Shown: piece after piece, positions 37,663 to 51,361 of the stretch | Layout: each line of letters begins with the position of its first letter | Numbering within the stretch: position 1 is the stretch's first letter | Source: Isurus oxyrinchus | Lineage: Eukaryota | DNA: 64,000 bases | Direction of reading: 5' to 3' | Assembly (NCBI GenBank): GCA_026770705.1 | Contig: JANJGN010000008.1 | Span: forward strand, 87,110,001 to 87,174,000 | Program-made: the position numbers and the translations under genes | The notes under the pieces: model-generated | What the model saw: the letters and a program-made list of their open reading frames with translations, nothing else | Databases searched by the model: none | Told to the model about the DNA's origin: nothing

Positions 37663-38740
37663 ATGGGAAGAGAGGGGCAGAAGGGAGGTGAGGCCACGTG
37701 CACCTATGCAGCTTCCAGTGGAGGGAACTCTGGAAGGAGAGTTGCAGGCACAAGGCATGCAGGGCCAGCAGGAAGTCCAAAGCAGGAGGGACCACAGAAA
37801 TCACCACTATCCTGCTGCCAGGGTTTACAGGCGGTGGTGCAGCTACCTCAATATGTCTGAGGTGCAATGCCAAAAGGAGGCTCCACAGTGACCCTCAACT
37901 TCTATGCATTTGGCTATATTCAGGGCTCAGTGGGGGATCTGTATGGAGTCTCCCAATCAGTGCCCACAATTGTGTCATGTTGGTGATAGAAGCTCAGTTC
38001 AGGTGGGTACTGACCTTTATTCTTTATCGTACAGATGAGGCCAGCCAATCTGAGCGAGCCAGAGGCTTTGCAGCAATTTCTGGGTTCCCCCTGCATCCAG
38101 AGTGCCATCGACTGCATACATGTGGCCACCAAGGCGCCAGCGTGTCAGCCGGGTGCCTTCGTCAACAGGAAGGGATTCCACTCTATGAGCGTGCAGAGAG
38201 TGTGTGACCACAGGATACAGATTCTGCAAGTCTGTCCAAGGCAGCTCTCATGTTGTGTACATCCTCAGACACTCCCAGGTGCCAAGGTTTTTCAGTACTC
38301 CAGCCCAACTGGATAGATGGCTGCTGGGTGACAAGGGCTATCCATTGAAGAGGTGGCTCATGAAGCCTCTTTGCCACCCAAGAACAGAGGCAGAGAAGCG
38401 TAACAATACAAGTCATGGCTCCAGGAGGGCAGTGGTAAAGAGGACCATAGGTCTTCTCAAGATGCGCTTCCGATGCCTGGACTGTTCAGTGGGAGCACTA
38501 CAGCAACCCCAGGGTGGGTGTCACTGATCGTGGTTGCATGCTGCGCTCTCCACTGGCACTGGCAAGAGGGGACCCGCTGGAGGAAGGGGATCTTGACACA
38601 GTTGCACAGGTCACAGATGGTGAGTCCAGCGGTGAGTCCAGAGATGAGCACAGTGAGGAGAATGCTGAGGGCGTAGAGCCAGACCTCGGGGGAGGCAGGG
38701 ACAGCAAGGACGCCTTGATCCAATACTCCTTCAGCTGGGC
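37663..38740 (+). pseudogene. HARBI1-like DDE transposase pseudogene
   Basis: RVYRR..SYLNMSEVQC, GFAAISGFP, AIDCIHV, FVNRKGFHSMSVQ.VCD, GSSH, LLGDKGYPLKRWLM and RTIGLLKMRFRCLD are spread over several frames. Confidence 0.88.
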
Positions 38741-39079
38741 TATCAAAGATCAGTTTCAAACACATGCCAGGGCTGCCTTCTCCATCCTGGATGTCTGAAA
38801 GGACCCTTTCATTTGAACACAAAGAACACTCAGCACCTGTGCAAAAAGTTCAGAGCCACGTAAGTCCAGCATTACATACTGGCGTATCCTGCCCCAATAA
38901 AATAAAATAAAATTAAAAGGTGAAGCATACTCAGGCCATGACGACAAAAGCAAAATTTATATCACTTTGACAATTACAGATTACATCAACTTCTCTGGAC
39001 TTAAACATAAATGAACATAAAATCACCCATGACCTGTCCCTCTTGTGCTCATGGTGTCAACTTACGCTTGTGAGTGCTA

Positions 39080-40860
39080 TGTCTAGGTGCTCCCCCCTCG
39101 CTGGCACGGGCATTGGAGACAGCCTGCTGACCCTGTTGTCTTGTTGGCCTTCATGATCTTGATGGTCATCCTGTGGCCAGTGAAGCCCTGTGTGCAAGCG
39201 GCCAGTGCCACAGTTGGCATCTCCGCAGTCGCCGCAGCCTCATCAGATGCACGATCACTGGTGGAGGGGCGAGGAGCTGCTGCCATCATCTGGAGCACAC
39301 TGACAGGAGCCCACAGAGACGACAGGTAGCTCGTGGTGCCAACGTGAGGTCACTGTGGACCTCCCTGTACACCATTGATGGACGGGCACCTAGCTGGGAA
39401 ACTGGGTGCTTCATCCATCTCCTACACTGACACGGTGCACCTGAGATCAGTGCCTGTGTGAGGGCTTGCAGGCCTGAGCACAACCCTAGGAACCCCTCAT
39501 TCTGTCCCTGGAACTGCCTCTCCATCAGAGTTGCCACTCTGTCAATGGAGGAGGCAGTCTGTTCATCCATGACAGTGAATGCAGTGTTCATGTTCCACAT
39601 GGACTCCTCCATCATGGAGACCTTGGCACGCAGACCCTTATGGATCTCTGCCAAATCAAGCAGCTGCCGCCTAATCGATGACTCCAGAAGCTCATCATCA
39701 GCCTTTGACTGAACATCGTTCCAGTCCCCAGCAGTACTCTGATTGCCGGCCCTCTGGGCACTCCCTGCCTCCGCCTGCACTCAAGCGAGTGTGAAATGCC
39801 CTCACCAATGTGCACCGAGATACTAGCCTCCAATCTAATGCCCACTGAGGTGCTCTTATCTGCGCTGGTGCCTGGTTCAGAGAGCAGGTGTGATGCAGGT
39901 GACAGTGATGCCCAGTGGTCCTTTGGTGTCAGGGGTGGACCTTCGGGGTCTGCAGATGAGATGCCTGCTGGCAAACCTAAAAGGGAGAACAAGGACATGT
40001 CATTAGTTAAAGTCATCACACTGTCATTGTACATGCCAGGCACACTGGTGAGACAATGGAGATCTGCATAACGATGCCATCATCTTATAGCGATCAATCA
40101 GGACGCCAGGTTCAAGGCTCACATCATTGAGGAGACTGCCCTAGAATGGTTGCACAATCTGAAAGTCTCACCTCTGTGTACTGCGCTCTTTCCATCGCCT
40201 GGCACCCCTGCTTCTCCGCACCTGGTTGCACGGGTGTTGGGAGCGGGTGGTGCGTGCCGGTTCTCCAGCTCCAGGGCATCTTGCTCGAATTTGGAGAGCA
40301 TCAGCAGGTTGGGCGGTCCTCCGCCTGTATGTGCCCTGTCGGCTTGGTAATGTCTTGTCTTCTCCTGAAAGGACAGAGGAGCATTGATTAGTCCACTCTC
40401 TACCTATTCAGCTCCAGCTGAGGAACACCTCGCAGGGCACATCTAAGTTGTGGCCCTCGAGCTGCAAGGCACTCAGTCCAAGAAGCCAAGGCTCACCCCT
40501 TTGGCCAGCTCCCTCATGATTGGCAGTTGGCACTCAGATCTAGCAACCCTGAAGTCCAATGGGAATGGCCACACCTTAACACTCCTGCACACTGATCCAT
40601 GCTAGCCCGGGGTACTCATTCTTCCTGAGTTCAACAGGTCATTGAAATGCTTCTGGCACTGCAGCTACATGTGCTGCACCACATCATGGTTGCTCACCCA
40701 GGCTGCCACCTCCTCCCATGACATCTTGGTGGCTTCTTCTTCCCATCTCTATGACAAGGATGTCCCCCCCTGGCAGCCATCTCCTCTAGCAGGACCACAA
40801 GTAATTCATCCGAAAAGCTGGGGGCCTAGTGCCCACCCGACCTGCCCTCCCGCCTGACAT
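39080..40860 (-). pseudogene. Harbinger Myb/SANT-like DNA-binding partner gene, degenerate, spliced
   Basis: Minus strand ~40620-40760 reads TKMSWEEVAAWVS…LQCQKHFNDL (trihelix/Myb-SANT signature). A coiled-coil C-terminal ORF lies at 39286-39780. Confidence 0.7.
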
Positions 40861-43043
40861 TTGCTGCTGCACTCAAGTGCATCTTCAAAACAGCAGCCAG
40901 ACGTCCTTCCCTGACAGTCTTTCTGGGGCTGCCTGGGCTTTCTTTATACTGGCCGCTGGGTCACCTGTCGACTGGGCGGCAAACAGGCCTCCGCCCCCGC
41001 TCGGCCCTTCCTGGCCTGTGACGAGCCGCATTTCACGCTGGGTGGGCTTTAATTGGCCTGCCAGCCTGAATTCATGGTCAGTGCTCGACCCTGCCCACCC
41101 AATGAGGGCAAAATCCAGCCTGTTGTCTTTGAATGACACAAACCCAGCCCAGAGACTAGGGGAATTCTATTTATTGCATTTTTGTGTTCCACTATGATAC
41201 ACATAGAAAAAGGCATGAATCTTCTTCTTGAGTTCCAACTGGACTGACCCACAGCATACAGGTGGGGGTGATAGAGGCTTCAATTTCTTTCCATCATATG
41301 GCTGATCAGAAATGTCTTCTGCTCTTACCATCTGCCAGTGGTGCATATTGGAAGGATTTACAAGTTGATGCTCAACCTATTTGGCCACACTATGAACATG
41401 CCTTCCTTGGCCATCAAGTGCTGGATTTGGACTTGAACCCAGAGATCCTGGCTCAGATGGAGGGATGCAACCATTGCGCCACAAGACCTCTCTGCAGTAA
41501 GAGGTAAGTCCCTTAAAAGTAAAAGGCTGTGACTATTTATAGAAGAAACCAATGTCCCTGAATCTGAAAAGTTTTCTGCAATAGATTATTAGGGATATTC
41601 ATAGGAGCATTCTGAAGTAAAATACATCACATAAAGAGATCACCAGATGACCAAAAGCTTGGTCACAGATGTGGGTTTTTAGGAGTGTTTCAAAGGAGGA
41701 AATGAAGTATTGAGGCGGACAGCTATAGGGAGGGTCTAGGCAACTGAAGACACATCCGCCAATGTTAGAGTCATTGAAATTGGGGACGCACAAGAGACCA
41801 TAATTAGATGAGGACAGATATCTCAGAGGGTTGTGAGTCTTGAGGAGATTACAGATATATAGGGGTGAGGAATTTGAAAACTAGGATGCATAAAAGAAAA
41901 CTTTGAAATATCGTTCTCGCAAAATCTATGTGACTGAACTGACCAGGCTAATTTCTACTTTTATAATTGAGCTATTCCAGTATTGCATTTTTAATGTTGA
42001 ACCTTTTATTGGGTCACATTATTTTGCATTACAGCAATAGAACTTGGGACATGATGAGAAATTAATTCTAGAGATATGATAATACTTAGGCCTATGTGAT
42101 ACTTTTGGATGAAAAATCTGTTGTGCTTATTTTGTTTTGTTCTATCCTGGCCAGGTGTGCCTCTGCTATATCTCCTAATCTGTCTTGACATCTCTACTTT
42201 TGTTCTCTTCCCATCTACATCTTAGTCAGTTCTCAAATTTCACTTTTCTCTATTCTTCCACAGACCCATGTTTCCTTTTTTGCCTTATCACCTTTCCTAC
42301 TGTGCCTTTTCTTTGTCTCCTCTCTTATTCAGCTCCGTGCTTGTCATTCCCCCATTGAATCCCAATGTTATTTGTTCTTTCCTGACTGGTTCTAGAGCAC
42401 AACCCAAAGTGCTCTATCATGAGTCAGGAAAAGCTGAATTTTTTAACCATACATGCATTTATTTTAACTGGAAATAAAATTAAAAGGAGAGTATATTTTA
42501 TGTTCTGTTTTTTTTTGCAGTGAGCAGAGTGAAAAAACAAGTTATGATGGATTGGAAGCTCACACTGAAGGCAGAATATGCAATACTTTGCCAAAAGATG
42601 GTTTAGATATATAATGCAGGCTTTGCAGTCAATTTGTGACTGTGACATTGTAATCTTACGCTACTTAAACTAGAGATGGTGTATCACGCTGAAGTATGTT
42701 CTCAACTGTTTCTCTCTGCTCTTTTACTACTGTTTCATTGTTTTATTTTGTCCTGTTCCCTCTGTCTTCTTCAGCCTATCTGACTCACTTGCATTCTTTT
42801 AGGCTGCATATGGTGGATAGTATGAAGGAAAAGGAATATTTCCCATTTGGCGGCTTGAGGCACTGAATTAGGAGGCATCTGACCATGGGTGGGAGGCAGG
42901 AGCAGTGTACGTGTTAAGTTCGGGAGTCACAGATTACCCGAAAAAGAGCCAAGCTCATTAGTGCAACGTAATTTATTAAGAAGCAACAGTTTAAATATAA
43001 AATGTAAGAAAAATAGAAAAAAAAAGCATACGGCCCGTGACAA

Positions 43044-43213
43044 ATGAGAGCAGCTTACCGATCCTGGAGAACAGACGAAAGGATGGAACTGATCTTTGTA
43101 GCTGGAGGTTGCAATTTCTTGAGTGTTCTGTTTGCAGCAGTCTTCTTTTTGTCCTTTGTCTTTTCGAGCTGGCCAAGGTGGAAGGAAGTTCTTTCTCCGT
43201 CTTCTTCTGTCTG
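43044..43213 (+). CDS. Candidate first coding exon of an unrecognised small membrane protein (MRAAYRSWRTDERMELIFVAGGCNFLSVLFAAVFFLSFVFSSWPRWKEVLSPSSSV)
   Basis: Unique-looking island with several CpGs. TATAAAA at ~42996; ATGs at 43044 and 43083 (aggATGG); hydrophobic stretch; donor CTG|GTAAGG in phase 2. No homologue recognised. Confidence 0.3.
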
Positions 43214-44944
43214 GTAAGGACTGCCACCTTGACATCTCGAGCACTTGTTAATATACTTTATTCCTAAAGGATGGTAGTTTACTGTCAATCACTTGTTCAA
43301 AACTTGCTAATTCAACAAACTTCAAGAAAATTCTGAAAAGTGCCATTTTTTTACAGCAGGATGAGGGGAAGAGGCTGAAAGGAAGGGATGCCTGAGTACT
43401 TGTGTTATGAGGTGCTCAGAAGAAGATGGCAAGGTGAGAGGTATGATATAATGGATTCTTATAAGGGGAAGTTATAAGAGGGAGAGAGCTATAATAAGGG
43501 GACACTGGAGACAATGAGCAAAAGATTAGTTGAAAGAATGGATTTTGAGCAGGTCTTTAAAGAGAGTTTAGGTGAGTTGGATGTATTTATGGAGGGAATT
43601 CCAGATAGTAGGACCCAGGTGGTTGATACCCAGAAGGAAACAACAGTTCAGACCATAATTCTTATTTCCCAGTTTTTACTGGTGTTCCATTTTAAGGTAT
43701 ACAAGGTCAGTTCTGACTAATATTCTTATTTTCCAGTTTTTACTGTATTTTTTGTTCTGGGTGGAACTACAACCAATTGTGAGGTGGAGGAAGGGAGGGA
43801 AAGGGACGCACTAGAGACCACAGCAGAAGATCAGTGTGTTTGGGAACCCTAGAACCGTGGAAATTTATGGTACAAAAGGAAGCAATTTGGCCCATTGCCC
43901 CTGTGTCAGCTGAAAAAGATCAATCCAGCCTATTCTTACTTTCCAGCTCTTGATTCATAATCTTGGTTCATACAAGTGCAATGTAGTGCTGGAGGAGACT
44001 ATTAGGTGGGACAAAATGACGACAATAAATATTTTAAATTTGAGTCATTAAGAATGAGGGATCTTGAGTAAATCAACAAGGATAGAGCTGATAGATGAGC
44101 AAGGCAGGTACCTGCAACAGGCTAGACAAGTTAGAATTTATAAATGGTGGATTATTGGATACCTGAGAGAGAGATTATGATCAAACCCTGTGATAGGAAA
44201 TTACATAGCAACATATACAGTACCCATGTGCTATACATTAAAAGGGCAAAGTAAAATTAATATTCAAAACCTTCTATGGAATCCTAAAACCTTAGCGGAA
44301 TCCTGTAGATGCTGTGATGTTTCATTTGTTTCAATGTTTCATATTTTCTGGCTGTGTCCAAAGGAGAAAGAGACTGGAGTCAGAGCATTTGGTGTTTGAT
44401 GGGCATGGGAATGGCTAGTGGAGTGGGATGGTGACAGTAGGAGATAGGATGGGACAAGGCCATGGGTTCGGAGTGGGGAGGGGTGGGGTGGGGTGCTGTA
44501 GGTGGTGTTAAATAAAAACATTATCATTTTCAATTTGAAACACTAGGGGAGCCAAGGTCATAAAAGGTGTGAGTATGGGAGAACAAGACTTAGGACAGAA
44601 TAGATATGTTCAGCAGAATTTTGCACAAATTGAAGTTCATGTAAGTTGCATGACTAGCAAAAAGACATGGTTACTCATATTTTTAGCCAATTTGACTTAC
44701 AGTGTGAAGGAATTTAATGATTCTTATGATTCTTTTGTTATTGGCCTCTGAAAGCTTTTTGAGGATCATGTCCTGTTGACCACTTTCGCTAAATGTTGTA
44801 TGAGCTAATAGAGATAAAATTGGCTCTTCAGTTGACATGGTGAGAAAAATGCCTTCACTTTGATACTGGACCTACAGTATAAATGAGTCATTAGAAACAA
44901 GAAACATGTGATAGGAGTCCACTGACAAAGCTGGAGAATTAATA

Positions 44945-45333
44945 GTGGCATAGTGATAGTGTCACTGGACTAGTAGTCTAGAGGCCCAGGCTAATGCTCA
45001 GGAGACCTGAATTCAAATCCCATCATGGCAGCTAGTAAAATTTAAATTCAGTTAATAAATCTGGAATATGAAGCTAGTCTTAGTAATGGTGACCATGACA
45101 ACGATCACCGATTGTTGTAAAAACCCATCTGGTTCACTAATGTCCTTTAGGGAAGGAAATCTGCTGTCCTTACCTGGTCTGGCTGACATGTGACTTCAGA
45201 CCCACAGCAATGTGGTTGTCAGGTAGCTGTCCTCTGAAAAGGCCTAGCAAGCCACTCAGTTTAAGGGTAATTAGGGATGGGCAACAAGTGCTGGCTTTGC
45301 CAGTGACACCCACATCCCATGAAAGAATGAAAA
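44945..45333 (+). mobile_element. tRNA-headed SINE sharing its 3' tail with the LINE at 18855-19415
   Basis: Head gtggcatagtgatag…gaattcaaatccc (A/B-box-like). Tail agggtaattagggatgggcaacaagtgctggctttgccagtgacacccacatcccatgaa. Confidence 0.7.
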
Positions 45334-46899
45334 AAGGCATTCACTGAATCTATTCAGTCAATTAACAAAGCTAAGTACTGGGACTGTCACTTTAAACTAA
45401 GTGGAGGAGTTTAGTAGTCCTTTAACTGGAGATTGTAATCAGGAGAAGTCAACTGATATCAAATGAGGCTGATTATAAAAACAGGCTATAAGGATCAAAA
45501 ATTAGTTTCTGATTTCTAAAAATACAGAATAAGGCAAGTTGTGTTCTAGTTATGAGCAGCATTGTCGGTTCTGAGTTGAGCCAAGTTATTCTAATCTTGT
45601 GTAATCCATTGGCAAGGAAAGCTAACATATTATATGCCATTTCGGCACCTTCACAGGCCATCAATGGATTTGAAAGATATAGAGAAGTGTAAGAAGAAGC
45701 ATTTCAAGATTTAAAGTTCAACTTTTTGGAAAGGCTCAAAAGACTGAATTTTTTTACTGGAGCAAAAACTACAGATGGAACGTTCCCAGCTTTAATTTTG
45801 CTGAAATCTTTGTAATATTGAATTTTACAGTTGCACTTTGGTCTCTTGTTTGCAAAAAGATTTTGGGTGAGAAATTGGGCTTGTTAGTGCTTTTTTTTTG
45901 GCTGCTATGAGTACCCTTAAAGTTCCAAAATGTATCTGTGGAACTATGAACACTTTAAGGGTGAATCATGCCAAACACTATGTGAGAATATTGACACAAT
46001 GCATGGTGAATATCACCAGAAGTATGTAGAACATGGAGTCAGGGTGCAAAACTGATTTGATGCCAGTGAGGCCATTTTGAAGCTCAACACTCTAGCTATA
46101 TTGCCCTTGTAATCTTATGCAACTGAACTTGCATTCATCAGTGGAAAGGACTATTTTCCCCCACTACAGCTACTTAAAGGGACCAACTACTTACAAGTTA
46201 GTTGCTGGCTGATGATTTCTGGTTTTTGCTTTGGTTTATACATGTGTTTGATGCTTTGTAGCTGTTTAAAGCTGCAAAAGGCCACAGGGAGTGGTGTGAA
46301 AGTACAACACAGTTTCTGCCGTCTTCAAGGCTTGTGTGCAAATTAGTTGTTCTGAGAAATGGGTGCACTAGTAGAAATTCTCTTTGGAATATAGCATGAC
46401 TTGGGGAAAATAAACAGAGGCCATGCAGAGTAGAACAAGTTGCTAGAAGAGCCATTACTGTTCAGGGAGCAATTCTCCGACCTGAACTTCAGGAAGGAAT
46501 AATGTGTGAGATATCTGTTTCAGTAAGGATCTCTTCCCTGAAATATGCCAGATGCTGTAGCCACAACTACTATCTTCGAGCTGGTCCAGACTCCCCAGCC
46601 AGAGGAAACATCATCCCTGCATCCTGTCTGTACAGTCCTATGGTGTGGGCAGCTGATTCACCTGCCAGACCAATGCTGAGACTCTTCCCCAGCGGTAAGA
46701 TTTTAGGGGATTGTCTCAAAGTGGCTCCCTACTATTTAACGGGTGCCTGCATTACCAGGGGGCAGTGGTAGATGTCTACCAAGGTTTCCATTGCTTAGAC
46801 TACTGATGTAGCCCTGCAGTACAAGTGCCAAGGTTCATGGCGGTCTGCTGTACAACCTCGCCAGCTTGAGGAGAGCAGCCCTTTTCACCAGCTATATGG

Positions 46900-47280
46900 C
46901 TCTAGCTGAGGAGTAGGAGCATGAGAAAAAAGGGAAAGAGAGGAGGCAGCTTAGGCAGTGCCTTCAGGCTGTCTATGAACAATTCATCTGAGTGCAATAT
47001 CAGTAAACACAGCCCTGATTTCCCCACTCACCAACAGCCCCACAACTTGCCTTCCTCTGTTTCTTTGCAAAGCAGGGCAAAGACCGCATTGCCTGTGGTG
47101 AAGGTGACGGTGGAAATAAACATTTGTTCTGGCTCCTTTCAAACTGCAGATGGAGATATTGGCAACATCTTACAGTTTGCCACCCACTATTGCATGAGAG
47201 AGGTCACTGAGACTTTATTAAAGAGAACTAACTATATTTCATTGATCTTTTCAGAGACATACAGGTAGAGTGAGCATGCA
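46900..47280 (+). mobile_element. Harbinger transposase N-terminal remnant
   Basis: ORF 46921-47268: ALPVVKVTVEINICSGSFQTADGDIGNILQFATHYCMREVTETL. Confidence 0.62.
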
Positions 47281-47399
47281 ATTTAATCTGTTACTGTCCT
47301 CTTGGCCAGAATGTAGAAGTGAAAGCTACCACAAAATAAACATTTCAAAACAAATTTCTAGATGAAATCATACCATATTGCATATGTATTGGAAAGACA

Positions 47400-48345
47400 G
47401 TTGCCTGTTCCAGGTGGCTTGTATTCCAGGTTGCTGAGGGAAGTAGGTATGGAGGGGCATTCCAAAATCTTCTCTCAATACAGGGAAGGTGCCACAGGAT
47501 TGGAAAATGGCAAATGTGATACCTTTGTTCAAGAAAGGGTGTAAGGACATTCCTAGTAACTACAGGCTGGCCAGTTTAACATCAGTGTTTAGAAAGACTA
47601 ATCAACAAAAATTAACAGGCACTTCGAGTTTGCGTTAATTAAGGAGATCCAGCACAGATTTGTAAAAGGCAGATTGTGTTTGACTAAGCTAGTTGAATTT
47701 TTTGATTAACTAACATAGAAGGTTGAAGAGAATGCAGTGGATGTTAAGAAAGCGTTTGACAAACACTACAAAAAACTGGTTAACAAAATTGAGGCCCATG
47801 GAATAGGAGAGTCAAATATCAGCTTGGATTAAAAAAAGGCTTAAGGACATAAAACGGTGAGACATTGTAAATGGTTATTTTTCAATCTGGAGGATGGTGG
47901 ACCCGTGGTGTTCTCCAAGGCTCAGTGCTAGGAGTATTATGCTTTTTGATATATATAAATAACTTGATTATTAGAAAACAAAGTAAAATTTCAAAATTTG
48001 CTTATGATACTAAAGTTGGAGCTATGGCAAACAGTGGTGATGATAACAATAGATTGCAACAGAACATAGATTGGCTAGCAGAATGGGCTGATTAGTGACA
48101 AATAGAATTTAATACAGAGAAGTGTGAAATGCTGCACTTTGGCAGAAGGGAGAGGGATGTATACTTAATGATACAATTCTAAAGAATGCAAAGAGATAGA
48201 GGGAGCTGGGGTTTCAGGTGCCAAGATCTTTGAAGATAGCAGGGCATATTGAGAGAGTGGTCAGCAAAGCATATGGGATTCTGTGGCTTCACAAATTGGG
48301 GTATTGAATGCAGAAGTAGAGAAGTTATGCTGAACTGTTATATTG
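47400..48345 (+). mobile_element. Degenerate CR1 LINE RT fragment
   Basis: DWKMANVIPLFKKG, RGVLQGSVLG…LIYINNL and ISKFAYDTKVG…LQQNIDWLAEWAD. Confidence 0.8.
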
Positions 48346-48743
48346 CATGACTTTGGTATCTGAAATGAAAAAAAGCATAAGGGTAGGGTTGTGGCGTGGG
48401 GAAGGGGAAAAGTAAGAGGTGCATGCTTACATCATTTGCAGTTTGTAAATTAAAGATAGTGTGAAATGAGAAAGTGGGATGTGAGAATAGGATATCGTTA
48501 CCTTTGGTTTCAGTCCTATCTCTGCCTCCAGCAATAGGCTTCTCAATAATGGCCAGCACCATCTGCTCCATGGGTTTAGAGCATGCACCTGACACCTGTA
48601 CCCTTCTGATTAGCTCCTGCTGCCTCCAGTTATCCTGCACCTTGTCCTACAAGAGAGAGGGAAGTGTGTCAGTGAGTGTGGTGCAATATGTTTGCGTGAT
48701 GGGGCTGTCATGGGTTACAACCAGGTTAGGAGGGGTGAGCTGA

Positions 48744-49315
48744 CTCCTCTCTTTCCCATTCCTTGGTCGCTTATAACAGAGTTTGAATTTTAAAAAAATG
48801 TGATATTGCCATCCAATATGTATTTAACTGTGTATAACTCCGGTGTAAAAATTAAGCCAGCCGGATTCCTTGAGTTAACAAGTAAGGAGTTAATTTTATT
48901 ATTAAAACTCGCACAGGTGAAATGTACGAATATGTCCAACTTTCCACTAATGCAAAAAACACACAATTTCCCCAGGCATACACAAGAAGAAATAACATCT
49001 GATACTCTGAAGTTTTAAAACTTGCTCAAGTAAAAAAGGTAAAGTCAGAAAAATTATTCACAGATTGTTCGAATGCTTGCTCACAATTAGAAAGGCACTT
49101 TCCATGATGACTGCAGTTACAAGCAATTCCGGAGCTGGTGACTAATTCCTCTTTCCTGAGGTTGGCTATAACAGAGCTTGAATTTTTAAAAAGATGTGAT
49201 TTTTCAAGTCAATATTTGACCACATGTAAAGCTATCTGAAGAAATAAGCCAGTCAGGTATCTTGAGTTAACAAGTAATGAGTTAATTTTATTGTTTAAAA
49301 ACTCACTCAAGTAAA
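48744..49315. repeat. Diverged ~170-bp direct repeat pair (48744-48920 and 49145-49315) within a probable LTR-like insertion (~48706-50267)
   Basis: Shared ataacagag.ttgaatttt.aaaa…taagccag.c.g.t..cttgagttaacaagtaa.gagttaattttatt blocks; outer ends TGTCA…TGACA. Confidence 0.5.
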
Positions 49316-50668
49316 AATAAAGGATTTATTAAAAAGGTAAAACATGTCCCGAATCCTGTGACATATATACATGCATGCACGCATATGCAGACGCACATAC
49401 ATGCAAAGCAGAACAAGTTACAGGGTGGAGGAAGTGGAATTGATAAGAGTTAGAGTCCACAAGGGAAAAAGGAAAAATATACATTCCTTTGGTGGTCTTG
49501 AAATTCCAGGGATGTTGCAACCGATGTAAGCTGGTTGTTTTGCTGGAGACAGTCTCTTTTAAACTATAATCCACCATTTTCCAGAGTGGGTGCTATGACA
49601 TTTGAAGTTCATTTTGATTAAAATTCTCTATCTCTGCGATGTAATCCAAATGTAACAGAGATGGGGGGGGGGGGGGGGGGGGGGGGGAAGAGAGAGGTGA
49701 TGTCACATTCTGCAGTCGTCTTCTGTTCCTGATGCCTTCTGCAGACTTATCTTGCTGTAACAAATAGACAAGTTTATAATCGTTACTTTTCACAAGTGGA
49801 CTCCTGGCCATGTGACAGCTGGTTATTGGCACGAAACGGAGGGAAATCCATATTAATGAAGGAACTTTGATCTCCCATTGTCAAAGCTACCAAGATGCCA
49901 CTGAAAAAGATAGAGGGTCCTTTTCACTCTCCTTGCATGACGAGTTTTGTTGGTCCTTCTTTTTTCCTGCCATCTTATGAAGTCAGGAAGTCTGGTGGCC
50001 TATTATCCTTACATTTTGCAGAGAGTTCAGACAATGGCAGTGTGAAGTCCATCAGGAAACTGCCTAGGCAAGTCCCTTGGTAATCCATGTTCAGAGGCTT
50101 CTAGAAATTTGGCCAGGTTTCTAAGGCAAGTGGCTTCAGCCATTTTAAAGTAGTGTATTTGTAGTACTAGCTGGTTCTTTCCTTTTTAATAACAATCCAA
50201 GGCATTACACCAACCAATGAAATTAACAATTAATATTCCACATTGCAAGTGACACATCGTTGTGACACTGCTGGTATTTTGGGTTTCTCACTGAAGCAGT
50301 CACTCTGCAGTCATGGTTAGTTGATTCTCTTTTCTCTTGAAGACAGTGGTGTTGAGTTGGAATCCTCCTTTAAGAACTCGGTTCACAGGAATGAGGTATT
50401 CTGATGGGTTTTCAAACCACAAACAGGCTCTAACCCTACTGTCCCTGTGGCTGTTTTTGTCTGTTGGTTCAAATCAGTATATTTTACACCCAAGAGCTGG
50501 GACACATGACCTCTCTCTGATTTTAATCTGGGGCTTATCATAGACGTTGTCCCTGAGGCTTCATAGACTCTGGTCTCCATAAAGTGGCTTGTGGCCTTCA
50601 CAAATGCAACTTAATAGCTGGCAGTGAGTGCAAGTTGAGAGATGTGGGTACAAGGCTTGCAACTTTAA

Positions 50669-51361
50669 GGGCAGGATTTTACCATCAGTGAGTGGGGGTG
50701 GGGCCCACTTGCTGATGTGTAAAATGATGCGAGATGACATCGGCGGAACTCCTGACGTCACCCCGCCCATTTAAATTTTCAGGAAGGCGGGGGTGCAGGA
50801 AAATCAGCTGCGCGCCCGCCGACCTGTCAATGGCCAATTGAGACCATTGACAGGATCAATTAAGCAATTAAAGGACCTACCCATCCAACCTTAAGGTTGG
50901 TGGGCAGGCCAGGAGCCCCAGTGGCAACTAGAAAAAACATGAAACCTCATCCACCGGCGGGATGAGGTTTCATGTAGGGTTTTAAATATTTTAATAAAGT
51001 TGTTATGGAAATTATGAACATGTCCCAGCTCATGTGACATTGTCACATGAGGGGACATGTAAGGGAATGTTTTTTTGTATTTCTAATATTGTTGAAAGTA
51101 GAGCTGATCTCCCTGAGGCAGCACTTAGCCTCAGGGAGATGAGTGTGCTCTTTCGTGCGCATGCGCAAAAGAGCGCACTCTCGATTTTAGGGATTCCCCC
51201 TCCTGCCCGCATAGGGAGCGCATAGTGCTTCCCTGTGGATGTCACGCTGGGTGGGCCTTAATTGGCCCACCCACATAAAATGGCGCCGCGCCTCCGATCA
51301 GAAGCACGCCGGCACACGCCCGTCCATCAACTTCCCCTCCGATGGGGGCAAGATTCAGCCC
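50669..51361. mobile_element. 693-bp Harbinger MITE with TAA target-site duplication
   Basis: TAA|GGGCAGGATTTT…AAGATTCAGCCC|TAA. Internal palindromes include GAAACCTCATCC…GGATGAGGTTTC and GAGTGTGCTCTTT.GTGCGCATGCGCA.AAGAGCGCACTC. Confidence 0.88.

Larger units (their letters stand above)
37187..41120. mobile_element. Near full-length degenerate PIF/Harbinger transposon with convergent transposase (+) and Myb/SANT-like (-) genes
   Basis: Imperfect TIRs GGGTTGTATTTT…AAAATCCAGCC. Both terminal regions are shared with the MITE at 50669-51361. Both genes are frameshifted. Confidence 0.85.

Noticed and set aside
37663-38740. Domesticated HARBI1 host gene
   Set aside because: It has multiple frameshifts, is flanked by TIRs and is paired with a Myb-like gene, so it is a transposon copy.
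43059-43263. Minus-strand exon as the missing Ig leader
   Set aside because: The phase-1 frame has no ATG and is basic and hydrophilic, not a signal peptide; it is also 11 kb from V.
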